Virus record (IMG/VR): IMGVR_UViG_3300035676_000011 | Location: 1 to 48,846 of that record | Reading direction: 5' to 3' (one strand) | Length of the DNA stretch: 48,846 bases | Source of the DNA: a virus | Taxonomy: Duplodnaviria; Caudoviricetes | In this document: piece after piece, positions 27,401-36,772 of the stretch | Layout of the letters: the number at the start of each line of letters is the position of its first letter | Position numbering within the stretch: position 1 is the stretch's first letter | Translations under genes and position numbers: made by a program | The notes under the pieces: model-generated | Databases searched by the model: none | What the model was told of the DNA's origin: nothing | What the model saw: the letters and a program-made list of their open reading frames with translations, nothing else

Positions 27401-30400
27401 TAGCAAAATAATTTGTTGCGCTTTTTCTGCTGTGATTTTACCCATAGCTAGATCTGCGTTAGCTTCGAACTTCTTCTTTTGATACATTAACTCAATTGCT
27501 GTTGACTCATTATTGGTAAATTGAGCCGCTGCAATCAAAGAATCATAGTTGGATTGTTCTTTAGCTTTATTAAATTCTGAGATAGCCCTAAGTTGTTCCA
27601 AATTATTAAGTTCTGTAAGTTGTTTATATTTGCTTTGAGTAATCTTATGCTCTTGGAGATCCGCCGTGGCTTCTGTTTGCTTTTTAGCATACATTGCCTT
27701 TATACTTGCTAACTCATCAGCATAGTATTTAAGTGATTGCTCTTTAAAATCTAGTGCATCTTTGATTTTTTGGTTCTTGAGAGTTAAAGATTCAAGTTCT
27801 TGATTTCTAGCAGATTGTGTAATCATCGAATCTATAGTTTTAGTGACATCGTAAATTGCTTTTTTAGTTTCATCGGTAGATGGAAGCTTTAAAAGATCGT
27901 TTAGTTGTTTTTGGTATGGTTCTAAATCTTTTTGTAAAGTAATGACATATTTCTTATTAATATTTCCAATAGATTTTATTTCATCAAGATTTGCTGCTAT
28001 GATTTCGTTGCGCTTAGCAAGTGCTTCCTTCGAAGCATCACGAGAATACTTAATGATTTCAGCATCAATTTTTATAATTTCTTGAGCATATTTTTTACGA
28101 TCTTCTACTGTCTTAGCAATAAGTAAATTTTCTTCAGCCAGTTTTTTTGACATTACTAGTGATTCTGCCTGAGTTCCTAAAACTTCAGCAAATATTTTTT
28201 CTTTTTCTGTAGCGGTTATAAGTTCTTTTGTCAGTGTTGATAGTTTTTTAGCTATGTTGTCTATTATTTTTTCTTGCTGCACTAAAGGAGCTTCCGCAGC
28301 ATAAGCTACACTACCAAAAGAAAATACTTTTTCCCCCGATCTATTTATAAAATATGCTAGTTTTGTCATAGATGAGACTACAGATTCATTAAACTTTTTC
28401 ATTCCTTCGGTAGAAGTTCCTGTTAAGGAAACTAGTGCTTCTGTAAGAAGACCGAATGCCCCAACAATAGCATATACTCCTTCAATAACAGATGCTACCA
28501 TTCCAGCGAAAAATGAAGATATTCTAACAAATATTTCTGAAAAAATGCTTATTTTGCTGCTAGTAAGTGAAATTGAATTTCCTATATCTGTAAATATACC
28601 TATAAAACTTTTACTAATATCAGAAAAAATTGCTGTTTCTTCTTCGATTTGCTTTAATCCATTTACTATTAATAAAATTGAACTTACTATAGCAGCGGCT
28701 TGCCAAAAGAGAGGATTTGTCAATACTGCTATTGCAAGCATTTTTAACCTAACACCAATCATCAAGAAAGTATTTCCAAGCAAAACTAATGAATTTACCA
28801 AAGCTCCTTTTACTAAAATAGAAATATTTTGGAGTAAAGTTCCTAAACTTACAATCGCAATACTTTGTACACCAATTGCTCCAGCTAATAGATTTATTGC
28901 TCCTTGCATAAATGCTAGTGCTGCTCCATTTGCTAATATTATTGCATTTAAACCTTTTAAAATTGTCCCAAAAGTCACCATAGGAAGGGCAATAGAAATT
29001 AATGCACCAGAAATTTTTAATATTACCGCAAGTGCATCTTGCATACTTCCAAGAAATGAAAATAACGAAGGAGTTGCTTCTAAAATAGAAGCTCCTAGAA
29101 ATGCAAATGATTTATATAATGTTTGTAGTAAGACGCTTTGTTTACCCATGATTGTTTGAGCTTCTAGCATACGATTACTTAGTAATTGCTGAGCACCCGC
29201 CATAGTGTTTAGTTGCTCTGTTGCCCGGCCTCTTACTGCTGCTGCTTGCTCAAAAATTGTTGCCATACGAGCCTGTGCTTTTTGTTCATCTGTCAACGCT
29301 CCAAAACTTAATCCAATGGCTTTTGCATATTTAGAATGCTCTACAGCAGCATCAGATACATGCAGCCCGTATTTTATTACGCTTTGCCCCATTCCTGTTA
29401 GTGCCTGCAAAAATCCAACTGTTATTTCGTAGGCATCGTCTCCAGCTTTAACATAGTTTGGAATAAGTTTTGCAAATTCCATCATTTGATCTTTAGATAA
29501 ACCAATTGAGGAGCCAACTTGTATTATTTCGGTAGACATTTTTCTAGCATCTATTGCATTTATTAGCGTATTCTTAGATATGTCATTTATTACCTTATTC
29601 CATTCCTCAGCAGTGCCTATCGCGTCTCCAAACTCACGGCCAAAACCCTTCATCGTATATTCAAAATTAACAACAGATACTTGAGCTTTTCTAAATTTTT
29701 CTTCAAAGGTTCTCATGCTATCACTAAGCATACTCCCGATAGTTAAGAGTGTATCTCCAATTGTTCCCAAAAAGTAAGTAACTACGGTATTAAATCCTCC
29801 TAGAAAAACACCAACTGAAGCAAGAATTACTCCAGTAAATTTTATAAATCCGTTTTCTGAATTAGCTAGCATTAATCCTATTCCAGAAAATGCATTTCCC
29901 AAAACTCCTGCTCCTTCTGCTGCTGTTATCATATTAGACGTAATATGTTTTCCAAAGTTTTTAGTAAAATCTATAGCTGTGCCAATTGCCGTTTTTACAT
30001 CTACAATAGATTTCACGACATTTTTTAAAGTACTTATCGAATTTTTAAAAGTATCTCCAAAGGAAATACCGATTAAAGAAAATGATTTTCCTATCGCGTC
30101 TAAGCTATTTTTTAATTTGCTAGTGTCTAAGGTAGTAAATATCTTTTTATACACATCCATTTCACTAGATATTGTTCTTATAAATGGTCGAGTTCCAGCT
30201 ACTAATAATCCTCCTGCTGTTTTTCCTGCTTGTAGTGCTGCAGATCCAAAAGAAGAAAAAATATCTAGTAAACTTTTTAATATTAAAGAAAAATCTCCTG
30301 TTTTAAAACCAAGAGATATTTTTTTACCAGAATCCGCTGCTACGAATCCTATTTCTTTGATAGTTGCGGAAAGAAATGACACATCTTTATTTGCCATATT

Positions 30401-31378
30401 AGAAGCGTATGAAAACGCTTCTTTCATTTTTATAGCACTTAAAGGAATAACATTTCCTATTATTTTAGCAGTATCTTTAAAAATACTTCCTGTTATTTTT
30501 GCTGATTCTCCAGATTGAACCATTATTTTTGGAATTTCTTGCGCTGTAGTTTGGAAAATGCGTGACGCTCCGGCAGCTTTTAGTGTTGCTGTTGTAATAC
30601 TTCCTAACGCTATAGCGCCCGTAACTCCAGCAACTTCTAGAGCAGTTTCCATCATTTTTAAGTTGTCTGCTGTTTTATTTATTTGATCTGTTATCGAGGT
30701 TTGAGAAAAATTATTCTCTATTAAAAAATTATTATATGCTTCTAGTTTATCAGATGCAGATCCTAAAGAGCTTCCTAATCTATCAAACCCTTTAAAAGAT
30801 GAAAATTTACTTAATAAAAATAAAATATTAGATACTTTTTTTATTGCGGCCGGATCTGTCATTATACTAATTAACTCATTTAGTCTTATTACCGCCAAAG
30901 AAATAGAATCTATTTTATCAGAAATAGTAGTAAATAGACTGCCCATTTGACTAACAACTGGTAACGTATCTTCTGTTACTTTTTTAAATTGTTCTGAAGA
31001 TACATTTGTAGCAACTAAAAGCTTATTATATTGCTCTAATGTTTTATTTGCAATGTTTATATTTTCTGCAAAAGGTTTAATATTTTTATTTATTTGTAGA
31101 TTAGATAGATATTCCAGCTCCTTAGTTAGCTTTGTTATTTCCTGAGTATTTCCAGCTTGATTTATTGTCTTTTTTAAATCATCAAATGAGGAAACAGCTT
31201 CTGTAGTAGTGTTTGAAACATGTGATAGTTTATTATCTAGTTCCATTATTTCTTTATTAGAATATTTTGTAGTATTTCCTAATGTATCTATTGTGTCGTT
31301 AATAGACTTTATGCTTTTCTGAGCTTCTTTATTTTCTACGGTTATTTTTACTTCCAAGCTGTCTTTTGATATTGCCAT
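24479..31378 (-). CDS. Tape measure protein
   Basis: 2299 aa, helical, 22-aa Trp-periodic repeats, FAxGG...PGE C-terminal motifs. Confidence 0.95.
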   Translation of the reverse strand: MAISKDSLEVKITVENKEAQKSIKSINDTIDTLGNTTKYSNKEIMELDNKLSHVSNTTTEAVSSFDDLKKTINQAGNTQEITKLTKELEYLSNLQINKNIKPFAENINIANKTLEQYNKLLVATNVSSEQFKKVTEDTLPVVSQMGSLFTTISDKIDSISLAVIRLNELISIMTDPAAIKKVSNILFLLSKFSSFKGFDRLGSSLGSASDKLEAYNNFLIENNFSQTSITDQINKTADNLKMMETALEVAGVTGAIALGSITTATLKAAGASRIFQTTAQEIPKIMVQSGESAKITGSIFKDTAKIIGNVIPLSAIKMKEAFSYASNMANKDVSFLSATIKEIGFVAADSGKKISLGFKTGDFSLILKSLLDIFSSFGSAALQAGKTAGGLLVAGTRPFIRTISSEMDVYKKIFTTLDTSKLKNSLDAIGKSFSLIGISFGDTFKNSISTLKNVVKSIVDVKTAIGTAIDFTKNFGKHITSNMITAAEGAGVLGNAFSGIGLMLANSENGFIKFTGVILASVGVFLGGFNTVVTYFLGTIGDTLLTIGSMLSDSMRTFEEKFRKAQVSVVNFEYTMKGFGREFGDAIGTAEEWNKVINDISKNTLINAIDARKMSTEIIQVGSSIGLSKDQMMEFAKLIPNYVKAGDDAYEITVGFLQALTGMGQSVIKYGLHVSDAAVEHSKYAKAIGLSFGALTDEQKAQARMATIFEQAAAVRGRATEQLNTMAGAQQLLSNRMLEAQTIMGKQSVLLQTLYKSFAFLGASILEATPSLFSFLGSMQDALAVILKISGALISIALPMVTFGTILKGLNAIILANGAALAFMQGAINLLAGAIGVQSIAIVSLGTLLQNISILVKGALVNSLVLLGNTFLMIGVRLKMLAIAVLTNPLFWQAAAIVSSILLIVNGLKQIEEETAIFSDISKSFIGIFTDIGNSISLTSSKISIFSEIFVRISSFFAGMVASVIEGVYAIVGAFGLLTEALVSLTGTSTEGMKKFNESVVSSMTKLAYFINRSGEKVFSFGSVAYAAEAPLVQQEKIIDNIAKKLSTLTKELITATEKEKIFAEVLGTQAESLVMSKKLAEENLLIAKTVEDRKKYAQEIIKIDAEIIKYSRDASKEALAKRNEIIAANLDEIKSIGNINKKYVITLQKDLEPYQKQLNDLLKLPSTDETKKAIYDVTKTIDSMITQSARNQELESLTLKNQKIKDALDFKEQSLKYYADELASIKAMYAKKQTEATADLQEHKITQSKYKQLTELNNLEQLRAISEFNKAKEQSNYDSLIAAAQFTNNESTAIELMYQKKKFEANADLAMGKITAEKAQQIILLANLEQIKAYKDLNESKKEETIQFHRKFAELTDDQVSLAKISYEEDLAYYNKLLENKKMSDEEYIKVREALDKKRNKESGVLTGVETAQKAVDAVKGGVSSIISTIGAAFGPEGQLIASLINFLNMSKKEFADTINALLDGIVNIIPNVISNIPILIEAVLKKLPIVMKYLSTLPYQIIMMIPDILLAIANNIADIVSMIIVNTVLSIPMLIGQIIVAITKIIGKLPKLILDIFKGIIKGIVQIFSVDFWKNLFDFSGAGQQEVKKPSKKYITTTTGASAQTFKLQEIAIGKSEETRIGGQIIAASKTGSGFFTRAWEALKRAGRWLDENIWQPVIKFFKAVGSYIIDGFILAITAIKDTILTVGSWIWDGLKLAFELAAEYITAVGSWIWHGLKIAFEQAKDFIIAVGLWIWEGLKTAFTIAKDVVVAVGSWIWDGLVTAFTVAKDTIVNIGLWIWEGLKTAFNTAKDFIVALGGWIWEGIKSAFNLAKDFIIAVGAWIVNGTTEGFKKVKDDIIKIGSWIWDGVVTAFNTAKKAIVSIGSWIWDGMVTAFTAAKDALVSVGSWIWSGVVAGFTAAKDAIIAIGAWIWSGVVAAFNLAKDAIVALGSWIWEGVVKAFTVAKDALVGIGSWVWDGVTGAFTLAKDKITAIGSWIWDGLSSAFTSAKDTFSAAGTWIWNGLSSALSSAGNFLSKLFTFEGGGTGTVEKFLGFDFPWISFAEGGVVPGKPTVFGDSKKNDKVPAWLSPGEIVLPRSLTTDKSFMQWLSMAINEEKVPKYAKGFFGSIASGAKAIWETTKEVLAPVGDVISKVVEFVVPDWIQKLYDSITRYISSISIIDLVSDPKGTLNDAIKKFIGVFQGNFRQMMHFADGGIVPGVGSSDTVNAMLTPGEFVLNRNAVGNIGLPLLDRLNGGETLNRMVGRTERPNDVTINLTINTEQPIDQTFIKTKILPIIQGELKRGSIDGKRILATGGVR

Positions 31379-31775
31379 TATTCACCGCCTTACTATCGCC
31401 TAAAATTGCTTTTGCTCTAGCATAAAATCGCTGCTCATTGTATCGCGGTAAGAACCAACTCACTAAGTCTATCCACCAAGAAGGTTGATCTATGATTCCA
31501 CCCGTTCCCAAATGAGTTCCTGTCTCCGCGCAAACAATTAAAGCCTTATAAATAGCGGCGGCTTCAACATGTCTTTGCGCTTTTCCAGGACAAAAACCAA
31601 ATAAACTTCCGCCCTCAAAAACGCGCATTGGCCAAATATGGCCATCATCACTAGTAAACTCTTTGTCTTCTTCGCACCTACGAATTTTTTTCACATTCGC
31701 AATGCAACTAGAGCAATCAAACATTTTAGCTCTTTCTGGCTCTGCAAACTGCAAGTCCAAAAGAGCTTCGATCAT
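31329..31775 (-). CDS. Tail assembly chaperone, T-like frame (Cys-rich)
   Basis: Lies in the -1 frame of the upstream gene, just before the tape measure; GGIIDQPSWW motif. Confidence 0.7.
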   Translation of the reverse strand: MIEALLDLQFAEPERAKMFDCSSCIANVKKIRRCEEDKEFTSDDGHIWPMRVFEGGSLFGFCPGKAQRHVEAAAIYKALIVCAETGTHLGTGGIIDQPSWWIDLVSWFLPRYNEQRFYARAKAILGDSKAVNNGNIKRQLGSKNNRRK

Positions 31776-32236
31776 TTTTTTGAGCTAGTCGCTCCATTGA
31801 TTGCGGCCTGTCTTGCTGCATATAGTTCTGATACGTATCCACCAAACGCCAACATAGCTATCAAATCTTTATTAGCATACCCATCTGTATCTTTGGTAAA
31901 CTTTAGTTTTTGATCTTCTGGAAGTTCAGGAGGATTTTCAATATCAATCAATGCATACCTAACTTCATCTAGGATATGCCCCATTTTTATTTCCGCTTTT
32001 CCTTCCATAGATAGCCCAATTTTTTCATTATCTATCATTTTTTGAGCGCCATAGTTCAACTGTTTTTTTAAAATAAAGCGAGTTGGATTTTTACCTGGAA
32101 TAAATCGAAGATTAGCCTCATCAAAATTTTTATAATAATTTTCCCACTCTAAATCAGAGATATCTTCAACTAATGCATCATCTTTTCTTAAAATAACCTT
32201 GAGATTGTCTTTTAAATTTATCAATGGTATTGCCAT
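31772..32236 (-). CDS. Tail assembly chaperone (G-like)
   Basis: Between tail tube and tape measure; AAAGGAG SD before ATG 32236. Confidence 0.7.
   Translation of the reverse strand: MAIPLINLKDNLKVILRKDDALVEDISDLEWENYYKNFDEANLRFIPGKNPTRFILKKQLNYGAQKMIDNEKIGLSMEGKAEIKMGHILDEVRYALIDIENPPELPEDQKLKFTKDTDGYANKDLIAMLAFGGYVSELYAARQAAINGATSSKK
31775..31781 (-). other. Candidate -1 ribosomal frameshift site
   Basis: TCA AAA AAA TGA gives an A-AAA-AAA heptamer; a -1 slip enters the MIEALL frame. Confidence 0.6.
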
Positions 32237-32240
32237 AAAG

Positions 32241-32291
32241 TTGCTCCTTTCCATGGAACGTGCTGCTCCATCCTTGCAAGGAAAGGAGCAA
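32241..32291 (-). promoter_or_regulatory. SD-sequestering structured leader
   Basis: TTGCTCCTTTCC pairs perfectly with GGAAAGGAGCAA, which contains the SD. Confidence 0.7.
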
Positions 32292-32302
32292 TTCTTTAAA
32301 AA

Positions 32303-32626
32303 CTAGGCTATTTCTTGCCCAACAAAATTAAACGAAACGTTTGCTTTACTAGATTTTATTGTGATAAAATCTCCGGCTCCTAAAGCTAGTGAAGATAATT
32401 CCAGGGTTTCACTAGCATATAGAGTTTTTTGAAAAACAAGATAATCTTTAGTAGCTAACGTATTTCCAGATACAGTGTTAGCTATATTTATTTTTACTGG
32501 TTTATCATTCTGATTACAGACAAAGATTTTTCCAGTTGCTTCGGTCAGTGCTGGCGCTGTATAAAGCACGGTATTTGTATTTGCTACAGGTGCAGATTGA
32601 CCAATTATTTTATTACTGGTAGCCAT
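32303..32626 (-). CDS. Small beta-sandwich structural protein
   Basis: 107 aa, TNTVLYTAPA motif, follows the tail tube gene. Confidence 0.55.
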   Translation of the reverse strand: MATSNKIIGQSAPVANTNTVLYTAPALTEATGKIFVCNQNDKPVKINIANTVSGNTLATKDYLVFQKTLYASETLELSSLALGAGDFITIKSSKANVSFNFVGQEIA

Positions 32627-32638
32627 CGTAGCACCTCA

Positions 32639-33877
32639 TTAAATATAAGTTACAGTTACTTCATCAGCAGCTTCTAGGGCAGTTTGTAGCGCCATTCCTT
32701 CAAAAGATACAGGAACTGATCCGGTATCAGGTACAGGAATTGCTGGCACATTAAAAATTACTTTTGGTAAATCGATTACTAAATGCCTATTAGTAGCTTC
32801 TCCGCAAATCAATTGGATATCATGTGCTTCAAAGTCGCGAATGCGTTTCATAAATTCTACTAATGATGCATTTAGATTCATTTCTAATGATACAGTTACA
32901 TCTAATCTACCGCCAGGAATAAATAAAGCACCACTTAGGGAATCGCTTCCATAGCAATAATCTTGTAATTCATGATTGTTTGCCATAGTAATTGTTGCAC
33001 TTCTGACGCAAGAAAGAGTAGGAAGTGTGTCGATAGAAACAGATCCAACCAAACCAGTTTGCGGCTCATCAATGCCTACAATTGTAACTCCCGTTGGTTC
33101 CCAATAGCACAGATAAATAGGAGCATTTAATCCGCTTCCATCTGCATCTGCTAAAACGGCTCCATCTATAGTAATTACATCGCCCGTAATAGCAGTTATT
33201 TTTCTAGCTGTGGCAGTATCCGCGCTTCGCGTTACTCCATCGGCCTCCACAATCATTACCATAGCGCCTACATCGAACCTTTTTCCTTCTCCTACGCCTA
33301 GTGTAACTGTGTTTGTTGTGTCGTTATCGGTAATTGATTTGCCAATTCCCGCGTGTTTTGTAGTCTTGGCATTACCTGACCAGTTCAATTGAGCCATTCC
33401 GTCACCAGGAAAAGAAGCCTCGCATTGCTGTACAAATGCACCGCTGGCCTGCTTAGCCATATGATCGAGGTTTTCGCAAATCGTAAAAGTGATTGCTGGA
33501 TCAATAGAGGAATCATACTCGTAAGAACTCGTAGTGTCTGTCTCTTTTCCTAACAACGATTTCCAAAGCAACTTCATACCTACATCAACACAAGAACTAT
33601 AAACTACCCCTTGTTTAATATTTAATAGAGTTGAAAAACTCCATTCTGTTGCTGTTTTCTGCTTGATAACGTTATTATTATGTCGTCCAGAACGATGTGG
33701 AGATGATTCATAAGGTTGTGTAAAATTTACAGCGCCTCCGCCTAGTGTGAATAGAAAATCAGTTCCAGTAGGAATGACTGCTGTCCCTCTTACTGTTTCT
33801 AATTTTAGAAAAAATGACTGATTTAAAGCAGAAGAGTCATTACCGCCAGAATAAATAGAAGCAAAGTTTTTAGCCAT
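32639..33877 (-). CDS. Major tail tube protein
   Basis: Position after the terminator gene; ATITMANN...GRLDVTVSLE tube-like C-terminal half; strong SD. Confidence 0.8.
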   Translation of the reverse strand: MAKNFASIYSGGNDSSALNQSFFLKLETVRGTAVIPTGTDFLFTLGGGAVNFTQPYESSPHRSGRHNNNVIKQKTATEWSFSTLLNIKQGVVYSSCVDVGMKLLWKSLLGKETDTTSSYEYDSSIDPAITFTICENLDHMAKQASGAFVQQCEASFPGDGMAQLNWSGNAKTTKHAGIGKSITDNDTTNTVTLGVGEGKRFDVGAMVMIVEADGVTRSADTATARKITAITGDVITIDGAVLADADGSGLNAPIYLCYWEPTGVTIVGIDEPQTGLVGSVSIDTLPTLSCVRSATITMANNHELQDYCYGSDSLSGALFIPGGRLDVTVSLEMNLNASLVEFMKRIRDFEAHDIQLICGEATNRHLVIDLPKVIFNVPAIPVPDTGSVPVSFEGMALQTALEAADEVTVTYI

Positions 33878-33882
33878 TTTGC

Positions 33883-33935
33883 TATTTCCTCCATGAAATA
33901 TTTTCCAATGCTAAGAAACCAATCCTTAGTTTCTT
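33883..33935 (-). promoter_or_regulatory. Tandem ANGGA stem-loops at the tail tube RBS
   Basis: AAGAAAC-TAAGGATTG-GTTTCTT, then TATTTC-ATGGAG-GAAATA. Confidence 0.6.
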
Positions 33936-33936
33936 T

Positions 33937-34377
33937 TTAGCAACCTGTATAAGTTGTTAAATAAATTATCTCCCACACTAAAATACCTACAAAAATTCCA
34001 TCTAACGTATGTGTATCCGTTTCATCAGATAACAAACGAGCATGTATAACACCCGGAACACCAAAATTAGGATTTGTTCCAATTCCTTGTAGAACCAAAT
34101 CCATTTTATCGAATAAATCTTTCTGATTTATCGTACCTGATACTGTACTTTTTAAGCAAATTTCTATATTTAAAACCATTCGAGCTTGAACGCGCCCTTG
34201 CTGCTGCTCATAATCAGTCCTAACGTGATAAAACTGTATTAACGGAAGTTCATGCTCCCCAAAATCAGATAATAAAATTCTTATTTTTTCCCAATCAATC
34301 TTTTTTGCCCACGAACCACATTGAGTAGTAAGAAGATTTTTTAGATTATCTAGTATTGTGGCTCGTTTACTAGTCAT
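33937..34377 (-). CDS. Tail terminator / completion protein
   Basis: 146 aa, directly upstream of the tube gene; ELPLI motif. Confidence 0.6.
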   Translation of the reverse strand: MTSKRATILDNLKNLLTTQCGSWAKKIDWEKIRILLSDFGEHELPLIQFYHVRTDYEQQQGRVQARMVLNIEICLKSTVSGTINQKDLFDKMDLVLQGIGTNPNFGVPGVIHARLLSDETDTHTLDGIFVGILVWEIIYLTTYTGC

Positions 34378-34913
34378 GTATTCGCCCCTGTCTCGGAGCT
34401 AAGAATACGAATTATACGCGGTAAAGACTGATCAATTGCTGCGCGCATATAAGAACGTTCTGGCATAGTTACTTTTTTGGCTAAACGAAAACCGATTGCG
34501 TCTTTAGGTATTGGTATTTTCCCTTTTGCTTTTTTGGGGTCAACTAATATTGATCCTATTCTGACTAAATCAAAATCTCTAGCTCGATGATACTTTGCCC
34601 AAGGAGCAACTGGAATAGTTAAAGCTCTTGCTCTTCTTGGATATATATCTCCGCCAAATTCATGTATAGCCGCATATTTTACGCCATAGCTTCCAATTGT
34701 TACAGTTCCTCCCGTATCATTTAAATCTACTGTATATTTTATGGAGTTTAATAAATAGCCGTGATCAACAAGTCCTTTCCTAACTATATTTTCTTTGGTT
34801 TTATACTCTAGCAGCATTCCTACTCTAGTTAATGCTCTATATAATTGAGGTTTAGAGATAATTTTACGAATAGTATTCTTATTACCATTTGTGTTAATTT
34901 CTATACTACTCAT
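34374..34913 (-). CDS. Neck / virion morphogenesis protein (HK97 gp10-like)
   Basis: VDHGYLLNSI, YAAIHEFGG, MPERSYMR. Confidence 0.8.
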   Translation of the reverse strand: MSSIEINTNGNKNTIRKIISKPQLYRALTRVGMLLEYKTKENIVRKGLVDHGYLLNSIKYTVDLNDTGGTVTIGSYGVKYAAIHEFGGDIYPRRARALTIPVAPWAKYHRARDFDLVRIGSILVDPKKAKGKIPIPKDAIGFRLAKKVTMPERSYMRAAIDQSLPRIIRILSSETGANT

Positions 34914-35509
34914 TGCATTACCGCCATATTTCCGCTTAAAAAATTCAACACTCTATAAGGTTCTAATAAAGATAAAATCTCTGGAGACCATTCTGTTAAG
35001 TACGACACCGACTCATTTACCTTACTTTGGCTAGTTTTATTAGACTGTCTATCGTTTTTCCTGCGATATCTTTGTTCGACTAGCATTATGCAAGCGTCTT
35101 CTACGTCGGCAGGTATAACGATATAGCCAGCCGTATAGGTTACTTTTAAAATCTGTGTTCCTGCTCCCCATGTCCCGCTATATTTGCGGAGTAAATTTGG
35201 TTGCATAAATCCGTATTCGCTAGCATCAACTAAAGAATCTGCTGCCCAAACACGGGAAGAGTCAAGATATACAGATGTTATGGCGGTTACACCTGCCTTC
35301 TTAAGCATTATTTCGTTCGTTCTGTTTGCATCATAATACTCTGTAAATGATGCAGAAACAAAAGGTCGATTGCAGAACATTTCTATTTGTTGTGACGATG
35401 AGTTGATTAAACGTTCTAAAAAAGAATCTTGGCTAGTATCTCCGCTAGGTATGTCTAGCTGAGTTTTGACTGTAGCTATGCTAGTTAGTGCATTAGCTCT
35501 TAACGCCAT
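34910..35509 (-). CDS. Head-tail connector (gp6-like adaptor)
   Basis: LTSIATVKTQL...LERLINSSSQQIEMFCNR; VTYTAGY..IPADVEDA. Confidence 0.85.
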   Translation of the reverse strand: MALRANALTSIATVKTQLDIPSGDTSQDSFLERLINSSSQQIEMFCNRPFVSASFTEYYDANRTNEIMLKKAGVTAITSVYLDSSRVWAADSLVDASEYGFMQPNLLRKYSGTWGAGTQILKVTYTAGYIVIPADVEDACIMLVEQRYRRKNDRQSNKTSQSKVNESVSYLTEWSPEILSLLEPYRVLNFLSGNMAVMQ

Positions 35510-35730
35510 TAGCAAAACTCCTTATCAACGTCATTTTTTACCATTTTATTTTTATATCCTTTTAAACTTTTTTCTGACTCTTCTATTTTTTCAAAGCAAC
35601 CAGGATACAATTTCATTAAATTTTCTGCATATGTTTCATTTTTTCCGTCAACAATATCTCCAAAGGTTACTTTTTGAAAGCTATGTTCTTGGATCAAAAT
35701 TGGATATTTTTTAATACAACGTAATTTCAT
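35509..35730 (-). CDS. Small head-region protein
   Basis: GAGG SD; TAATG coupling to the connector gene. Confidence 0.6.
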   Translation of the reverse strand: MKLRCIKKYPILIQEHSFQKVTFGDIVDGKNETYAENLMKLYPGCFEKIEESEKSLKGYKNKMVKNDVDKEFC

Positions 35731-35762
35731 AAATCTGCCTCATATTTGCTGTGAATAGCGTA

Positions 35763-36350
35763 TCACTTAAGCCTTCGCTTGACAATGTTGACGAAAAATG
35801 TTTTTATCATTCTATTTATAAATATTCTAAATAAACCAAATTTAGTTATTATTTCAACGTGCTCTTCTTCAGGGGTTACATTTGGATCGTATCCTTCCAA
35901 CGGTTCTAGTTTACCAGAGTAAACTTTATAAGGTTTTCCAACTGAATAATATTTACCTAGATGTGTTTCAGAAAATCTATAAGAATAAATAAAATACCTA
36001 TTCTTATGGAATAAGCATGTTTTAAAAAGACACAAACCAAATATCAACTTAGAAAAGCATTTTAACTCTTTATTTATAAAAAATCCTGTAAACTCTGATA
36101 ATGAACTGCTGTATTTTGAATAATAAAATTTATTTCTTTCTCTAATTGGGAGATGTTTTATTGCTCTTAAATTCCAATATCCAGGTATTAAAGCAAAACC
36201 AGCAACAGGTATTTCATTTATCTCCCAAGAATATGTTTCTCCTGTTTCAAAATATTCCCAAGGAACTTCACAATACTTAATTGCTTTTTTAAATTCATCT
36301 GCAAATATCTTTAGCTCATAATCATATATCACATGGTTAACAAAACACAT
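35763..36350 (-). CDS. Hypothetical aromatic-rich protein, possibly GNAT-fold
   Basis: PVAGFALI and SEFTGFFINK strands are acyltransferase-like; the function is weak inference. Confidence 0.4.
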   Translation of the reverse strand: MCFVNHVIYDYELKIFADEFKKAIKYCEVPWEYFETGETYSWEINEIPVAGFALIPGYWNLRAIKHLPIRERNKFYYSKYSSSLSEFTGFFINKELKCFSKLIFGLCLFKTCLFHKNRYFIYSYRFSETHLGKYYSVGKPYKVYSGKLEPLEGYDPNVTPEEEHVEIITKFGLFRIFINRMIKTFFVNIVKRRLK

Positions 36351-36772
36351 TACCAGTCAATCCCTTCCTCACCATTTGCAACATCTACATTTACGACAGG
36401 AACATATGTGTACAGGTTAACAGCAAAATCAACATTGGCATCTCCTTCATTTGTATAACTAAATGCAATTCTCATTCCATATAAAGGATATGCGGGAATA
36501 GTTTTTATTTCTGTAACTTGATTAGGAAAGACATACCAATTTTTACTATACTTCTGATAACGCTTCCAGGTTTCTCCATATAGATATTGCATCTCTACAT
36601 TAACTAAGTCACCTTTATTAGAGCTATACGCATAGAACTGTAGCCCGTTAAACATTAAATCAAACGGAAGTACGAAATAATGGGTGCTTGAACCAGGTGT
36701 AGCTATAAATAAACCAGCACTCTGTAATCGAGCATCGAGCTTAGGTCTATCTGATCCAAATTCTGCGCTCAT
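36350..36772 (-). CDS. Hypothetical head-region beta protein
   Basis: Coupled ORF in the structural operon. Confidence 0.6.
   Translation of the reverse strand: MSAEFGSDRPKLDARLQSAGLFIATPGSSTHYFVLPFDLMFNGLQFYAYSSNKGDLVNVEMQYLYGETWKRYQKYSKNWYVFPNQVTEIKTIPAYPLYGMRIAFSYTNEGDANVDFAVNLYTYVPVVNVDVANGEEGIDW

Noticed and set aside
26970-30518. Several 75-204-aa plus-strand ORFs inside the tape measure gene, and similar antisense ORFs elsewhere
   Set aside because: Fully nested opposite well-supported genes; consistent with codon-bias shadows.
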